Virus record (IMG/VR): IMGVR_UViG_3300010885_080919
Coordinates: 1 to 64,000 of that record
DNA from: a virus
Length of the DNA: 64,000 bases
Reading direction: 5' to 3' (one strand)
Shown: positions 27,328 to 37,259 of the stretch, in pieces
How positions within the stretch are numbered: position 1 is the stretch's first letter
Layout: each line of letters opens with the position of its first letter
Made by a program: the position numbers and the translations under genes
Notes under the pieces: generated by a model
The model's input: only the letters and a program-made list of their open reading frames with translations
What the model was told of the DNA's origin: nothing
Database searches by the model: none

Positions 27328-28878
27328 TTGAGAGAGCTAACGCCAGAAGAACAAGCACAGCTAGAAGACCTAACAGATCCAGATGTAATTAAACCTAAAT
27401 TTTCTTGGGATGATACATTTCAAAGAAAATTATTAGGAATGCTTTTGCTTGATCCCCATATGCTTGTACAAGCTATGGACAAAATCAAACCGGAGTATTT
27501 TTCTAATGAGGCTCATGTATCGATTTCTAAAATACTACTTGATCACTTTAAAACTCACAAAGCTATCCCCGAGAAGTGGATTCTTGAACAAGAACTTAAG
27601 AATGTTCTGAAGGACGCAGAAAAGAGCGTTCAATTACATTATTTGTCTGAACTGAACTGCGTTTACGATTATTACGTTCCGGGTTTAGAAGCAAGAGAAT
27701 ACCTGATTGAAAAAGTCACGTATTTTGCAAAAGTCCAAGCTATAAAAATTGCATTTCATTCGTCTCTGGAAAAGATGCAAGAAGCACCTGAAGATGAAAA
27801 GACTTGGAATTTTATTTATGAAAAGCTTCGAGAGGCAATGCTGATAGACCGTTCTTATGAACCTGGTTTAGAATACTTTCTACAACTAGACGAAATGTTC
27901 AGAAGAATGGAAGATGTTTTTGTTGGAAAAGAAAGATTTACTAGCGGTTTTGAAAGTATAGACAAAGCCTTGACTGGTGGTGGTCTTTTTGTCGGTCAAA
28001 TAGCAAGTTGGATCGGTTTGCCAGGAACAGGAAAAAGCTTAGCTCTTGTTAGAGCCGCCGTGCAAAATGTTATTCTTGGTCATAAAGTTTTATATCTAAC
28101 AATGGAGATGGATGAGCTTGGAATTGCACAGCGATTCACTTCTCAATTAGCAAAAGTAGATATTAATAATCTAAGAGATTCTAGAGAACAAATCGAAAAA
28201 ACAATCGCAGACTTCGGCAAAGACAAAGAGGATAAAAATCTTTTACATGTAAAGCAATTTCCTGGCGGCGTTATGGACGTTAACGGCATACGAGCGTTCA
28301 TGGCTCAGCTAGAACTTAGAGGATGGAAGCCTAATCTTCTAATTGTTGATTATGTGGGAGAAATGAAAGATGATCCAACCGTCAAGAAATACGAGTCTGC
28401 ATATAGAATATTGCGAGACTTAAGAGGATTCGGGGTAGAAAAAGGTCACTGCACATTTACCTGCGTACAGCCAAACGCAACAGCGGCAAAGCTTGAAATA
28501 AATCAATATATCGATGAGTCCAACATTGGAACATCTTTTGATCAGTTTAAACCTCTTGATGCTTTTTGGTCTATAAACCAGCAAACCATTGAAAAAGATG
28601 CCGAGATAGGTCGAGGATTTGTAATCAAGCATAGAAATGGTAGAAGCAGATTTCCTTTTAAAATCGGCTTTGATTTTTCTCTTGGCACCTTGGATATGTG
28701 GGAAATATCAGATGATAATTATCGATCTAAAATGAGCATGATACAAGAAAAGAAAACAAACGAAGTTGTCAGTGTAGATGGCTCCACGAAAAACGAAAAG
28801 AAGAAAAGAACATTCAAGCCAAATGCGAGTTTAGAAGGCATTATAAAGCCTATCGATTCAGAAGATTACGAAGCTTGA
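27328..28878 (+). CDS. dnaB: DnaB/gp41-like replicative helicase
   Basis: TSGFESID, GLPGTGKS, YLTMEM, LIVDY, KHRNG. Confidence 0.92.
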   Translation: MRELTPEEQAQLEDLTDPDVIKPKFSWDDTFQRKLLGMLLLDPHMLVQAMDKIKPEYFSNEAHVSISKILLDHFKTHKAIPEKWILEQELKNVLKDAEKSVQLHYLSELNCVYDYYVPGLEAREYLIEKVTYFAKVQAIKIAFHSSLEKMQEAPEDEKTWNFIYEKLREAMLIDRSYEPGLEYFLQLDEMFRRMEDVFVGKERFTSGFESIDKALTGGGLFVGQIASWIGLPGTGKSLALVRAAVQNVILGHKVLYLTMEMDELGIAQRFTSQLAKVDINNLRDSREQIEKTIADFGKDKEDKNLLHVKQFPGGVMDVNGIRAFMAQLELRGWKPNLLIVDYVGEMKDDPTVKKYESAYRILRDLRGFGVEKGHCTFTCVQPNATAAKLEINQYIDESNIGTSFDQFKPLDAFWSINQQTIEKDAEIGRGFVIKHRNGRSRFPFKIGFDFSLGTLDMWEISDDNYRSKMSMIQEKKTNEVVSVDGSTKNEKKKRTFKPNASLEGIIKPIDSEDYEA

Positions 28879-28929
28879 TATTGAGTTGAAAAAATATTTT
28901 TTGTATACTTATTCCTAAGGAGACAATTT

Positions 28930-29406
28930 ATGGCTACAGATGCACCTATAGAAAAAGTTAAAGTTAAAGTTGCTGGGGTAGAAATAACTCTAGATCCAGA
29001 CAACATGAAGTACAACGAGAATAATCTTGGCGAATACATGAACAAAGAGTATGGCTGGATAGATTATCTCGGCAAACAGCTAGAATACGCCCAGAAAGAA
29101 GTTCTGATGGCAGATATTGATGCAGAAACTCAATATAGTAAAAAGTTTATGGAAGCTAAGGATGCCGGACAAACAGATAGCTATTCTAAGTCTTTTGCAA
29201 CTTCTCATGATGATGTTGTTCTTGCCAGAAAGAAAGTTGTTGAGGGCAAGGAAATAGTGGGTCATCTCAAGGCTCATTTGCGAGCTTGGGATAAAAATCA
29301 CGACAACGTCCAGAATAGAGGTCACAGTTTACGAGCTGAAATGAAGGTTTTGAGTAGAGACGTTTATTCAGAGCAGAATGTTGAATCTATTTTAGGAGAG
29401 ATTTGA
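28930..29406 (+). CDS. UvsY-like recombination mediator (coiled coil)
   Basis: Size, helical character and context; upstream TTGAGT-17-TATACT promoter. Confidence 0.5.
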   Translation: MATDAPIEKVKVKVAGVEITLDPDNMKYNENNLGEYMNKEYGWIDYLGKQLEYAQKEVLMADIDAETQYSKKFMEAKDAGQTDSYSKSFATSHDDVVLARKKVVEGKEIVGHLKAHLRAWDKNHDNVQNRGHSLRAEMKVLSRDVYSEQNVESILGEI

Positions 29407-29999
29407 TGATAAACCCTTTAAAGATAACAAACTATCGACAAACTGAAGCCGGATTACAAGAATCAATTTTGTTCTGGATATTGGCTGCCGGTAAAAACGG
29501 CTTAACGGCAGCCAATTGTTTAGAATCCTTATTAAATTCGTGGAGGAAAAAAACTCCATTTAAAACTATTGTTCACATAAACAATAGTACGAATCTTGCT
29601 GAAGAAATGAAGCGTCATGGTATAGGTTGTTACAATCATAAGTCTAAATCCTTTTTGGATCTAATTAGCAAGAATTTAGATTTAAAAACATGTTCGGTTG
29701 ATGAGCTGGAATCTGTTAGAGGTATAGGTCCAAAAACTGCAAGGTGTTTTTTAATTCACAGCAGAAAAAATCAAAGATACGCAGGAATAGATACTCATCT
29801 ACTGAAGTTTATGAGGGATATGAATTACGAAACTCCCAAATCTACTCCTAGTGGAAAAAAATATAAAGAATTAGAAGGTTTCTTTTTACGTCTTTGTGAT
29901 CAGGTTTCTATGAAGCCTGCAGATTTGGATCTTCTTGTGTGGAATGCGTATTCTGGCAACATAGGAGAACCAAGAGACGTATTGAGCCTTTTTGCCTGA
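29403..29999 (+). CDS. HhH-GPD superfamily DNA glycosylase-like protein
   Basis: LESVRGIGPKTARCFL...AGIDTHL...DLDLLVW. Confidence 0.82.
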   Translation: MMINPLKITNYRQTEAGLQESILFWILAAGKNGLTAANCLESLLNSWRKKTPFKTIVHINNSTNLAEEMKRHGIGCYNHKSKSFLDLISKNLDLKTCSVDELESVRGIGPKTARCFLIHSRKNQRYAGIDTHLLKFMRDMNYETPKSTPSGKKYKELEGFFLRLCDQVSMKPADLDLLVWNAYSGNIGEPRDVLSLFA

Positions 30000-30010
30000 A
30001 ATCGGACAAC

Positions 30011-30568
30011 ATGGAAAACAAAATACGTTGGCTTTTACAAAAAGATGTAAAATCTATATTAGAAATACAAAACTCTTGTCCTTATTCTCCTAATTGGAGC
30101 AAAAAATATTATATTGACATAGTCAAATCCAAGAAAAATTCTGAAGCCAAGAACATGTTGGTTTCATATGTTTGTGAAGTTGAGAACAATTTGGTTGGAT
30201 ATGTTGTGTATAAGGTTGGTTTGGCTTCAGCGAAGAATGAAGAGTTCTTTGCTGAAAACACGAGTATTATAAGCAAGAGCCCTGTATTTTATGGCAAAAT
30301 AACTAATTTATGTGTTCATCCTGATTATAGAATGCAAGGAATAGGAAGATCTTTAATAGAATTCGTAATTAAAAAGTTTTCGGATGTTAAAGATTTAACT
30401 ACTGAAGTGCCGTCTGTTAGGCCTTTTATTTTATTTACATCTTTGAGTGATCGAGATCTTGGTTCACATTTGTTTTATAGTAAGATGGGGTTTTTAGGAA
30501 AGAATGTTTCCCGTGATTTGTTTGGAAAAGATCATGATGGATATAGTTTTTACTTGTCGAGGATGTGA
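30011..30568 (+). CDS. GNAT acetyltransferase (RimI-like)
   Basis: ITNLCVHPDYRMQGIGRSL, FYSKMGF. Confidence 0.85.
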   Translation: MENKIRWLLQKDVKSILEIQNSCPYSPNWSKKYYIDIVKSKKNSEAKNMLVSYVCEVENNLVGYVVYKVGLASAKNEEFFAENTSIISKSPVFYGKITNLCVHPDYRMQGIGRSLIEFVIKKFSDVKDLTTEVPSVRPFILFTSLSDRDLGSHLFYSKMGFLGKNVSRDLFGKDHDGYSFYLSRM

Positions 30569-30993
30569 TGTGGGATGAAAGATTTATACTTTTGGCTAAG
30601 CATATAGCTAGCTGGAGTAAGGATCCAAGCACTAAAGTAGCGGCGGTGATATATGATGATAATCACCGTATTATCTCTACAGGCTATAATGGCTACGCAG
30701 CGGGCGTATTAGATGTAGGATTAGAAGACAGAGAGAAAAAATACAAAAAAATCATACACGCAGAAATAAATGCGATTATTTTTGCTTATAGAAATTTGTC
30801 TGGTTGTACTTTGGCTACATGGCCTTTTATGCCTTGCTCCACATGCTCCTCAGCAATTATACAGTCTGGAATAACTAGGTGTGTTTATCCAAAGGCTAAT
30901 AAAAGTGATTTGATTAGATGGGGAGATTCTTTCGAACTAGCTAGAGAACAATTCGTCGATGCAGGTGTTGAGATGAAGGAATATGAAATATGA
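30565..30993 (+). CDS. dCMP deaminase
   Basis: WSKDPSTKV, GYNG, HAEINA, PCSTC. Confidence 0.92.
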   Translation: MMWDERFILLAKHIASWSKDPSTKVAAVIYDDNHRIISTGYNGYAAGVLDVGLEDREKKYKKIIHAEINAIIFAYRNLSGCTLATWPFMPCSTCSSAIIQSGITRCVYPKANKSDLIRWGDSFELAREQFVDAGVEMKEYEI

Positions 30994-31008
30994 AATATCA
31001 TATATGAT

Positions 31009-31317
31009 TTAAATATTAATTTCATTAATGAAGTTGAAGTAAGATTTTACAAATAAATTGCTTGTATCTTTAATAGCATATAGGATCATCATGTTGTGCA
31101 TCTTATCAGGTAGTTTATTTTTTATTACATCTAATGAATAAAGATACGCAGTCCATGGATCGCTTATGATGGTATCTTCCGCTTCTACCCATCTATTTTT
31201 TATTATATCTTTAGCATAATGATAGGATAAATATGGATCTGTTTTGATAATATCTTCTAGTTCTTTAATTCTTATTTCTTTGTCTAATATTTTTTGATAA
31301 GCTTGTTGTGGTGTCAT
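31009..31317 (-). CDS. Small helical-repeat hypothetical protein
   Basis: Repeated DP..(S/A)Y.Y...(I/V)IKN units. Confidence 0.6.
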   Translation of the reverse strand: MTPQQAYQKILDKEIRIKELEDIIKTDPYLSYHYAKDIIKNRWVEAEDTIISDPWTAYLYSLDVIKNKLPDKMHNMMILYAIKDTSNLFVKSYFNFINEINI

Positions 31318-32266
31318 TTTTTCTCGCTTTGTTGAAGCCTTTTATTATTTCTTCTGTTTTTAGCTCTGTTATACAAGGTTTTTGCACATTATTTGAATCT
31401 TTAGTGCAACTTGTGTGGACAAAGCAGGGCCCGCAATCCCAATTTCCTTCATCTCTGTGTTTTTGTACTAAAACAAAGTCGAAATATTTTCCATAAATTT
31501 TACCGTCAGTAAATGAAAAAATACCAACCAAAGGACGTTTCAGACCTCCAGCTAAATGAAACGTCGCAGTGTCTACGGAAATAACATAGTCGGACAGACT
31601 CACCAAAGCGATCCATTTTTGAGGGCTTATATCTACAAATTGTTCTACTTTTAAAAGATCGTAAATAGCTTGGTTTTGTTTGTCTATAGTGATTGGTACT
31701 ATATCTTCTTTTCTTAAATATTCTACTATTTCTACTATCTGTTTATCTGTTAAGCTTTTTGCTTTTCCAAAATCAGTGTCTGTAGATTTTGTTGAAAGAA
31801 CTACTATCTTTTTGTTTTCTGGATTAATTTCATTTAATATTTTTTTACAAATTTCCACCTGCACTGGATCAGGGTTCAAATACATTTCGTGGTTAGTAAG
31901 CTCTACCCCACAGTGTTTTGCCCATATATCGCTTCTATGTTTGTTGTTTTTAGATCCGAGTATAGTTTCTGTTTTTGCACACACAGTTGTTATGTCATAG
32001 ATCACCCCGTAATCAGATTCTTTTACTTGAGACATTTCTTTTACATTATTTAAAAATGGATGATTAAATGCGAATTGTATGAAAGGATAAGGACATGTAT
32101 AATGTATTTCTAGGTTGGTTTTAGAAAAATCTTCGAACATCATCCTCTGCATCAGTATGTCTCCAAATCCACCTGTTCCTCTTTTTATAAGTACTTTATT
32201 TCTTCTTTCGTAAAAGTCTTGCAAAGAAAGATTTTTTTTATTTTTTAAGATTAGTCTTGGTGTCAT
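31265..32266 (-). CDS. Glycosyltransferase family 9 (heptosyltransferase-like)
   Basis: GGFGDIL, VISVDTATFHLAGGLKRPLVGIF. Confidence 0.88.
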   Translation of the reverse strand: MTPRLILKNKKNLSLQDFYERRNKVLIKRGTGGFGDILMQRMMFEDFSKTNLEIHYTCPYPFIQFAFNHPFLNNVKEMSQVKESDYGVIYDITTVCAKTETILGSKNNKHRSDIWAKHCGVELTNHEMYLNPDPVQVEICKKILNEINPENKKIVVLSTKSTDTDFGKAKSLTDKQIVEIVEYLRKEDIVPITIDKQNQAIYDLLKVEQFVDISPQKWIALVSLSDYVISVDTATFHLAGGLKRPLVGIFSFTDGKIYGKYFDFVLVQKHRDEGNWDCGPCFVHTSCTKDSNNVQKPCITELKTEEIIKGFNKARKNDTTTSLSKNIRQRNKN

Positions 32267-32896
32267 ATGAATAAAATAGCAATACAACAACCTTATTTTT
32301 ATCCTTATTTAGGATATTTTAAATTAATTCAATCAGTAGATGTATTTGTATCGCTGAATGATGTGCAGTATATTAGAAGAGGCTGGGTCAATAGAAACAA
32401 ACTCAATAAAGAATTATTTTTAACAGTTCCCATAATAAAAACAAATAGAAATGAGTTAATTAGTAATATTAAAATAGACTACTCTTCTAATTGGCATTAT
32501 AAGCATTGTAGGACTTTAGAAACAATGTATGGAAAAAAATGTTTTGAACACCCTATTTATTTATTTTATAAGAATATTCCAAAATATGTTTTTATTATAG
32601 ACTTATTAAAAGATTCTATAAAAAATATTTGTGAATTTTTACAAATAAAAACAAAATTTCTAGATTCGGAAAAAATTAAAATAAATCCTTTGTATAAAAA
32701 ACAGCAAAGAATAATAGAAATTTGCAATACACTAAATTGTAAATATTATTACAATCTTCCCGGAGGCCAAAATTTATATTGTAAAGAAGACTTTTTGGCA
32801 AATAATATAAATTTAGAGTTCATACAAACAGAAGAAATTATCAATCGATTGTCTATATTTGATCTTTGTTTAGGAGAAGGTTTAGAAAAAATATGA
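32267..32896 (+). CDS. WbqC-like protein
   Basis: IQQPYFYPYLGYFKLI..VDVFV..DVQY..RGWVNRN. Confidence 0.92.
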   Translation: MNKIAIQQPYFYPYLGYFKLIQSVDVFVSLNDVQYIRRGWVNRNKLNKELFLTVPIIKTNRNELISNIKIDYSSNWHYKHCRTLETMYGKKCFEHPIYLFYKNIPKYVFIIDLLKDSIKNICEFLQIKTKFLDSEKIKINPLYKKQQRIIEICNTLNCKYYYNLPGGQNLYCKEDFLANNINLEFIQTEEIINRLSIFDLCLGEGLEKI

Positions 32897-33492
32897 ATCC
32901 TTACACTATAGTGGCAGAATTTGAGAAAATGGTGGCAGAATACGCTGGTAGTAAATATGCTGTCGCAGTAGATAATTGCACAAATGCAATTTTTTTATGT
33001 TGTAAGTATCTCGGCGTTAAAGAGGTTACAATTCCTAGCAGAACATACGTTTCAGTTCCTTGTGCTATTATTAATTCTGGTGGGCGAGTGAAGTTTTCAG
33101 ATTACGAATGGCTGAATAAAGGATATTATAAATTAGATCCATATCCAATTTACGATGCTGCTCAATTTTTTAATCGGGACATGTACATTAAGAATTCATA
33201 TTTTTGTTTATCTTTTTCGGCCACAAAGACAGTAAACATAGGCAAGGGGGGAATGATATTAACAGATGATGAAAAAGCAGTTAATTGGTTCAAACAAGCA
33301 AGGTATTGCGGACGACATGAAGTTCCACTAATGAATGACAATTTTGAAATTATAGGGTGGAATATGTATATGCTACCAGAACAAGCAGCTCGGGGTTGCT
33401 TGTTAATGAGTCATGTGAAAGACACTAATCAACAAAAAAATCCAGAATACCCAGATTTATCTAATTATAAAATTTATTCATTCAATAGCTAG
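32893..33492 (+). CDS. Short DegT/DnrJ/StrS-family PLP aminotransferase
   Basis: AVAVDNCTNA, DAAQ, LSFSATK...GGMILTDD. Confidence 0.85.
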   Translation: MNPYTIVAEFEKMVAEYAGSKYAVAVDNCTNAIFLCCKYLGVKEVTIPSRTYVSVPCAIINSGGRVKFSDYEWLNKGYYKLDPYPIYDAAQFFNRDMYIKNSYFCLSFSATKTVNIGKGGMILTDDEKAVNWFKQARYCGRHEVPLMNDNFEIIGWNMYMLPEQAARGCLLMSHVKDTNQQKNPEYPDLSNYKIYSFNS

Positions 33493-33527
33493 ACAGTATT
33501 TTATTTTATATTGTAGTATATAAAAAT

Positions 33528-34241
33528 ATGATATTAGTCTACACTGTTAGTGATTTTAAGCCCCAAGCAGATCAATGCATCAATATGATGGTAGATAGTC
33601 TAAAAAAAGATAATTTTGATTTTTGTGTAATAACTAATAAAAAGCCTCCAAGTAATTTTAAACATAATGTTGTTATAGATACTAATAATTTTGATTATGT
33701 TGGATTCCTAAAATACTCAGAAAAAATACCAGGAAATTATGATCACTATATTTATTTGGATTCAGATATTTTGTGCTTTGAAAAGCCTTCTAATTTAATT
33801 ACTAAAAAAATTTTTTCATCTGTACTGGAAGGCAGAGCATTTGGCAACAAATTAAAAAGCAATAGTCATTGGCATAAATATAATTTTTGTTCTTTTGATC
33901 AAAAGCAAAAGCTATTGAAATTTCCTGATTTAAATGCTGGGTTTTTTTCATTTAAAAAATCAGAATTAGATTTTATAAAACAAGTGAAAGGGTTTTATGA
34001 AAGCCATATAAGTTTGATATCTTATAAAAACGCTATGTTAGAGCAAAGTTCTTTTAATTATGCTATTGCTCAATATTGTAATTTTGATATTAGTAATATT
34101 GAAGATTTTAGCAATTTTGTTGTTATGTTTGCAGACGGATCAACAAAATTTTCTAATAAATATATTTATCATTTTTGCGGCTTTACAAATGAAATGAAAT
34201 CTAAACAAAGGTTGATGAAGAAATTTTTATGTAAAATTTAA
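33528..34241 (+). CDS. GT-A glycosyltransferase (GT8-like)
   Basis: YLDSDIL, LNAGFF, EQSSFN, YHFCG. Confidence 0.75.
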   Translation: MILVYTVSDFKPQADQCINMMVDSLKKDNFDFCVITNKKPPSNFKHNVVIDTNNFDYVGFLKYSEKIPGNYDHYIYLDSDILCFEKPSNLITKKIFSSVLEGRAFGNKLKSNSHWHKYNFCSFDQKQKLLKFPDLNAGFFSFKKSELDFIKQVKGFYESHISLISYKNAMLEQSSFNYAIAQYCNFDISNIEDFSNFVVMFADGSTKFSNKYIYHFCGFTNEMKSKQRLMKKFLCKI

Positions 34242-34900
34242 ATATATATGCGAGCTAATTTATGTAAAGCTCCTGTTTTATTTTCAATTTTATTTATTTT
34301 TAATCCACAATAAAATGCAGAAAAAGCAACTAGATAAGACTCATTTCTTAAATTTATATTTTTATTTTTTATTGCAAATTTTTCTAAATAGTCCCAATAA
34401 TTGAAAAATATTTCTTTTTGAATTTCATCTTTAAATTTAAAAAAATAAAACCATTCGTATGGCATGTAAAGGTTCAATAAATTTTTTTCTGAAAACTTTG
34501 TTATATTTTTGAAAAAATTTATATTGTACATTAATTTTTTTTTATCAATAAAATTATCTAATATTTTTGGAACTTTGTAACCGTATGCTGAAAATATATA
34601 TGGAGAATAAATTCCTTCTTCTGCTATTTTTAATTTTTCACAACACTCTAAAAAATCTTTTTTATTAACACAGGTCACATCTGAATCAATACAGAGAGTT
34701 CCTTCGGGATCATATGAGCTTCTTATAATAAATCTCTTACAATTGGTATTGAATACATCTTGTTCTTTTTGGTTTTTATAAAATAAAATTGCATTTTTTG
34801 GAAGACTTTTGTGGATCTCTATAGGAACGGGCAAGCTTTTGGCAAGATTCAAAGCTCTTTTTTGAGATTTATTTCCTATTGCTAAAGTACAAATATTCAT
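34238..34900 (-). CDS. Putative GT-A-like protein
   Basis: CIDSDV DxD motif; island context. Confidence 0.5.
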   Translation of the reverse strand: MNICTLAIGNKSQKRALNLAKSLPVPIEIHKSLPKNAILFYKNQKEQDVFNTNCKRFIIRSSYDPEGTLCIDSDVTCVNKKDFLECCEKLKIAEEGIYSPYIFSAYGYKVPKILDNFIDKKKLMYNINFFKNITKFSEKNLLNLYMPYEWFYFFKFKDEIQKEIFFNYWDYLEKFAIKNKNINLRNESYLVAFSAFYCGLKINKIENKTGALHKLARIYI

Positions 34901-35077
34901 TATTGTATATATTATTTTGCTTGATAATTCAGTAGAATCTATAAATAAATTACAATATTGATATTATTTCTTTAAAAGATATCTTTCATCATTTGGGTTA
35001 GATTCCTATAAAACACAAAATTTAAAGCCTAATTACTTTTAAGTTTGATAAAATTTATATTATTGCTATATTATTTC

Positions 35078-35899
35078 ATGAAACTTTGCATGAGTACAAT
35101 GTGTATAGACAACGCTTCGATTGAAGATAAAATAAAATCAATCGCACAGGCAGGATTTGACTCTATTGAAATTTGGATCAAAGATTTAAAAAATATACCA
35201 GAAATAAAGAGAATCATAAAAGGCGAAGGCATTAGAGTGGCAGAGACAGTCAAGATTGAAGGGTGGTTCGAGCTTGATGGCTCTCTTATGGGGGTTAAAG
35301 ATGATTGGAGCTCTATATTTGATGAATGTAAAAAAAGAATTGATATTACCAAAGAATTATCATCTAAATACATAGTCGCTTTACCCAGTAGAAGTGACAG
35401 AGGCAGATTTTCTTCTATGAGTGATGGTGTAGAAAGATATATTAAAATATTAGAATATGGAAAGACAATAGGCGTTTGTCCGACTTTAGAATTTATTGGT
35501 CAATCAAAACAAATAAATAATATTGATTCTGCTTTAAATTTTCTAAATTTAGTTAATGATTCTTATTGCAAGTTGATTGTAGATGTTTTTCATATCTGGA
35601 GAAGCGGCGATGAGATTGGATATTCCAAAAAAATTCCAATAGAGTCCATCAGTTTGCTTCATCTACACGACGTAACATCTACCTATCAACGTTCAGAATA
35701 TAAAGATAGACATAGGGTTATGCCGGGAGATGGTATTTTAAATTTGAAAGAATTTATAGAAATATTCGAAAAAAAAGGTTTTACAGGAGACGTTTCTTTA
35801 GGTGTTTATAATCATGATAATTGGGTAAAAGATTCTTACGAAGTTGCAAAAGAAGGATTTTTTAAAATGAAAAAAATAATGACAATGGGGTCTTTGTGA
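35078..35899 (+). CDS. Sugar-phosphate isomerase/epimerase (xylose isomerase-like TIM barrel)
   Basis: AGFDSIEIW, LEF, DVFH, HLHD, RVMPGDG. Confidence 0.88.
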   Translation: MKLCMSTMCIDNASIEDKIKSIAQAGFDSIEIWIKDLKNIPEIKRIIKGEGIRVAETVKIEGWFELDGSLMGVKDDWSSIFDECKKRIDITKELSSKYIVALPSRSDRGRFSSMSDGVERYIKILEYGKTIGVCPTLEFIGQSKQINNIDSALNFLNLVNDSYCKLIVDVFHIWRSGDEIGYSKKIPIESISLLHLHDVTSTYQRSEYKDRHRVMPGDGILNLKEFIEIFEKKGFTGDVSLGVYNHDNWVKDSYEVAKEGFFKMKKIMTMGSL

Positions 35900-36480
35900 T
35901 GAAAAGTGCTTGTGTGATAGGATCCAACGGCAAGCTGGGAACAGCGATTTGCAATGTGTTGAGTGATTTTGATTTAAAAATAATAAAACATTATGGCAAA
36001 TCTGATGTAGATTTTACTAGTGAAGCTGAGGTAATTGAGTTTTCAAAGAATATAAATAATCTAGATTATTTATATTGCACTATGGGCAAAAAAATAGAAG
36101 GTTCTTCATTCGATGACATTGAAGTTTTTAAGAAAATAATTGAAATAAATCTATTTTCTGTATTTCTTTGTTGTAAATACTTAATTCCTAAAATGAACTC
36201 TGATTCTAGTGTTGTACTGGTTGGAAGTTCTGATGGTTGTTTTGGCAATAAATCTACTATGTACTCAACAGCTAAATCTGCTCTTCATACTTATTCTAAG
36301 TGTTTGTCTAAAGAGTTAAAAGAAAAGAAAATTAATGTAAACTGTATAGCTCTCGGCACGCTGTTTGACAAAGAAATAATAGATAGTAGTGCAAAATCAA
36401 TAGTTAATATTTGCATGTCAAGTCATATAAATGGACAAATTATAAGAGTAGACGGAGGCAATCATACTTTTCCATGTTAG
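35896..36480 (+). CDS. Short-chain dehydrogenase/reductase
   Basis: GSNGKLG, YSTAK, VNCIALG, INGQIIRVDGG. Confidence 0.88.
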   Translation: MMKSACVIGSNGKLGTAICNVLSDFDLKIIKHYGKSDVDFTSEAEVIEFSKNINNLDYLYCTMGKKIEGSSFDDIEVFKKIIEINLFSVFLCCKYLIPKMNSDSSVVLVGSSDGCFGNKSTMYSTAKSALHTYSKCLSKELKEKKINVNCIALGTLFDKEIIDSSAKSIVNICMSSHINGQIIRVDGGNHTFPC

Positions 36481-37259
36481 AAAAAAATGGGTTTTTATTA
36501 GTTAAAGATTTTTGTACTAATGATGTCAAAAATATAAAAAAAGAAATGGAAGTTTCTTTTGAATTAATTTGTAAAAGAAAATATAAAAATATAGACAAGG
36601 ATATTATTTGTTTATTCAAAGAAGATAGGTCTAAGTTTTTGGGTTGGGCCAACATGTGTCAGAATTTGTTGTCTGTTCATAGGCTTGCAAATTCAAAAAA
36701 AATTGAAAACTTATTGGTTTCTAATGGTTTAAAAATGCCAGTTTTAAACACTAGGCCTCTTCTTTCTTTGAGTTGCAAAAGTATTGCTGAGCACGAATCA
36801 TATTGGAAGGTCCCAGATCATCAAGATTGGCCTAGCACGAGAGGCAGCCTTAATGGCGTTACAATTTGGCTGCCTTTAATTAGTTTATGCAATAATCTGG
36901 GTCCTTTAGAGGTTTTAAAACATAGTCATTTAGACGGATTGTTGAACCACGATAATGATGGCTTGGTACCTGTAATTAGTAGCGAAATATCGTCTGATTT
37001 TATATCGAAAAAAATGAAAATTGGAGATATTTTGATTTTTAATTATTTTACAGTGCATAGATCTGGTACTAATTTATATGCTGATAGAATAAGATGGTCT
37101 TTGCATTTTAGATACGATGATGCAAAAGAAAAAACTTTTATAGAAAGAAAATATCCTAGATATAAAAAAGATATAAGATTAGATGAAAAATTAGATTATT
37201 CTTTTCCTACTAAAGAACAAATAAAAAATGCTATTTTTACTAAAACAAAAACGTCCTAA
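36474..37259 (+). CDS. PhyH-family Fe(II)/2OG dioxygenase
   Basis: HQDW, TIWLPL..NLGPLEV, HRSG.N....R. Confidence 0.88.
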   Translation: MLEKNGFLLVKDFCTNDVKNIKKEMEVSFELICKRKYKNIDKDIICLFKEDRSKFLGWANMCQNLLSVHRLANSKKIENLLVSNGLKMPVLNTRPLLSLSCKSIAEHESYWKVPDHQDWPSTRGSLNGVTIWLPLISLCNNLGPLEVLKHSHLDGLLNHDNDGLVPVISSEISSDFISKKMKIGDILIFNYFTVHRSGTNLYADRIRWSLHFRYDDAKEKTFIERKYPRYKKDIRLDEKLDYSFPTKEQIKNAIFTKTKTS

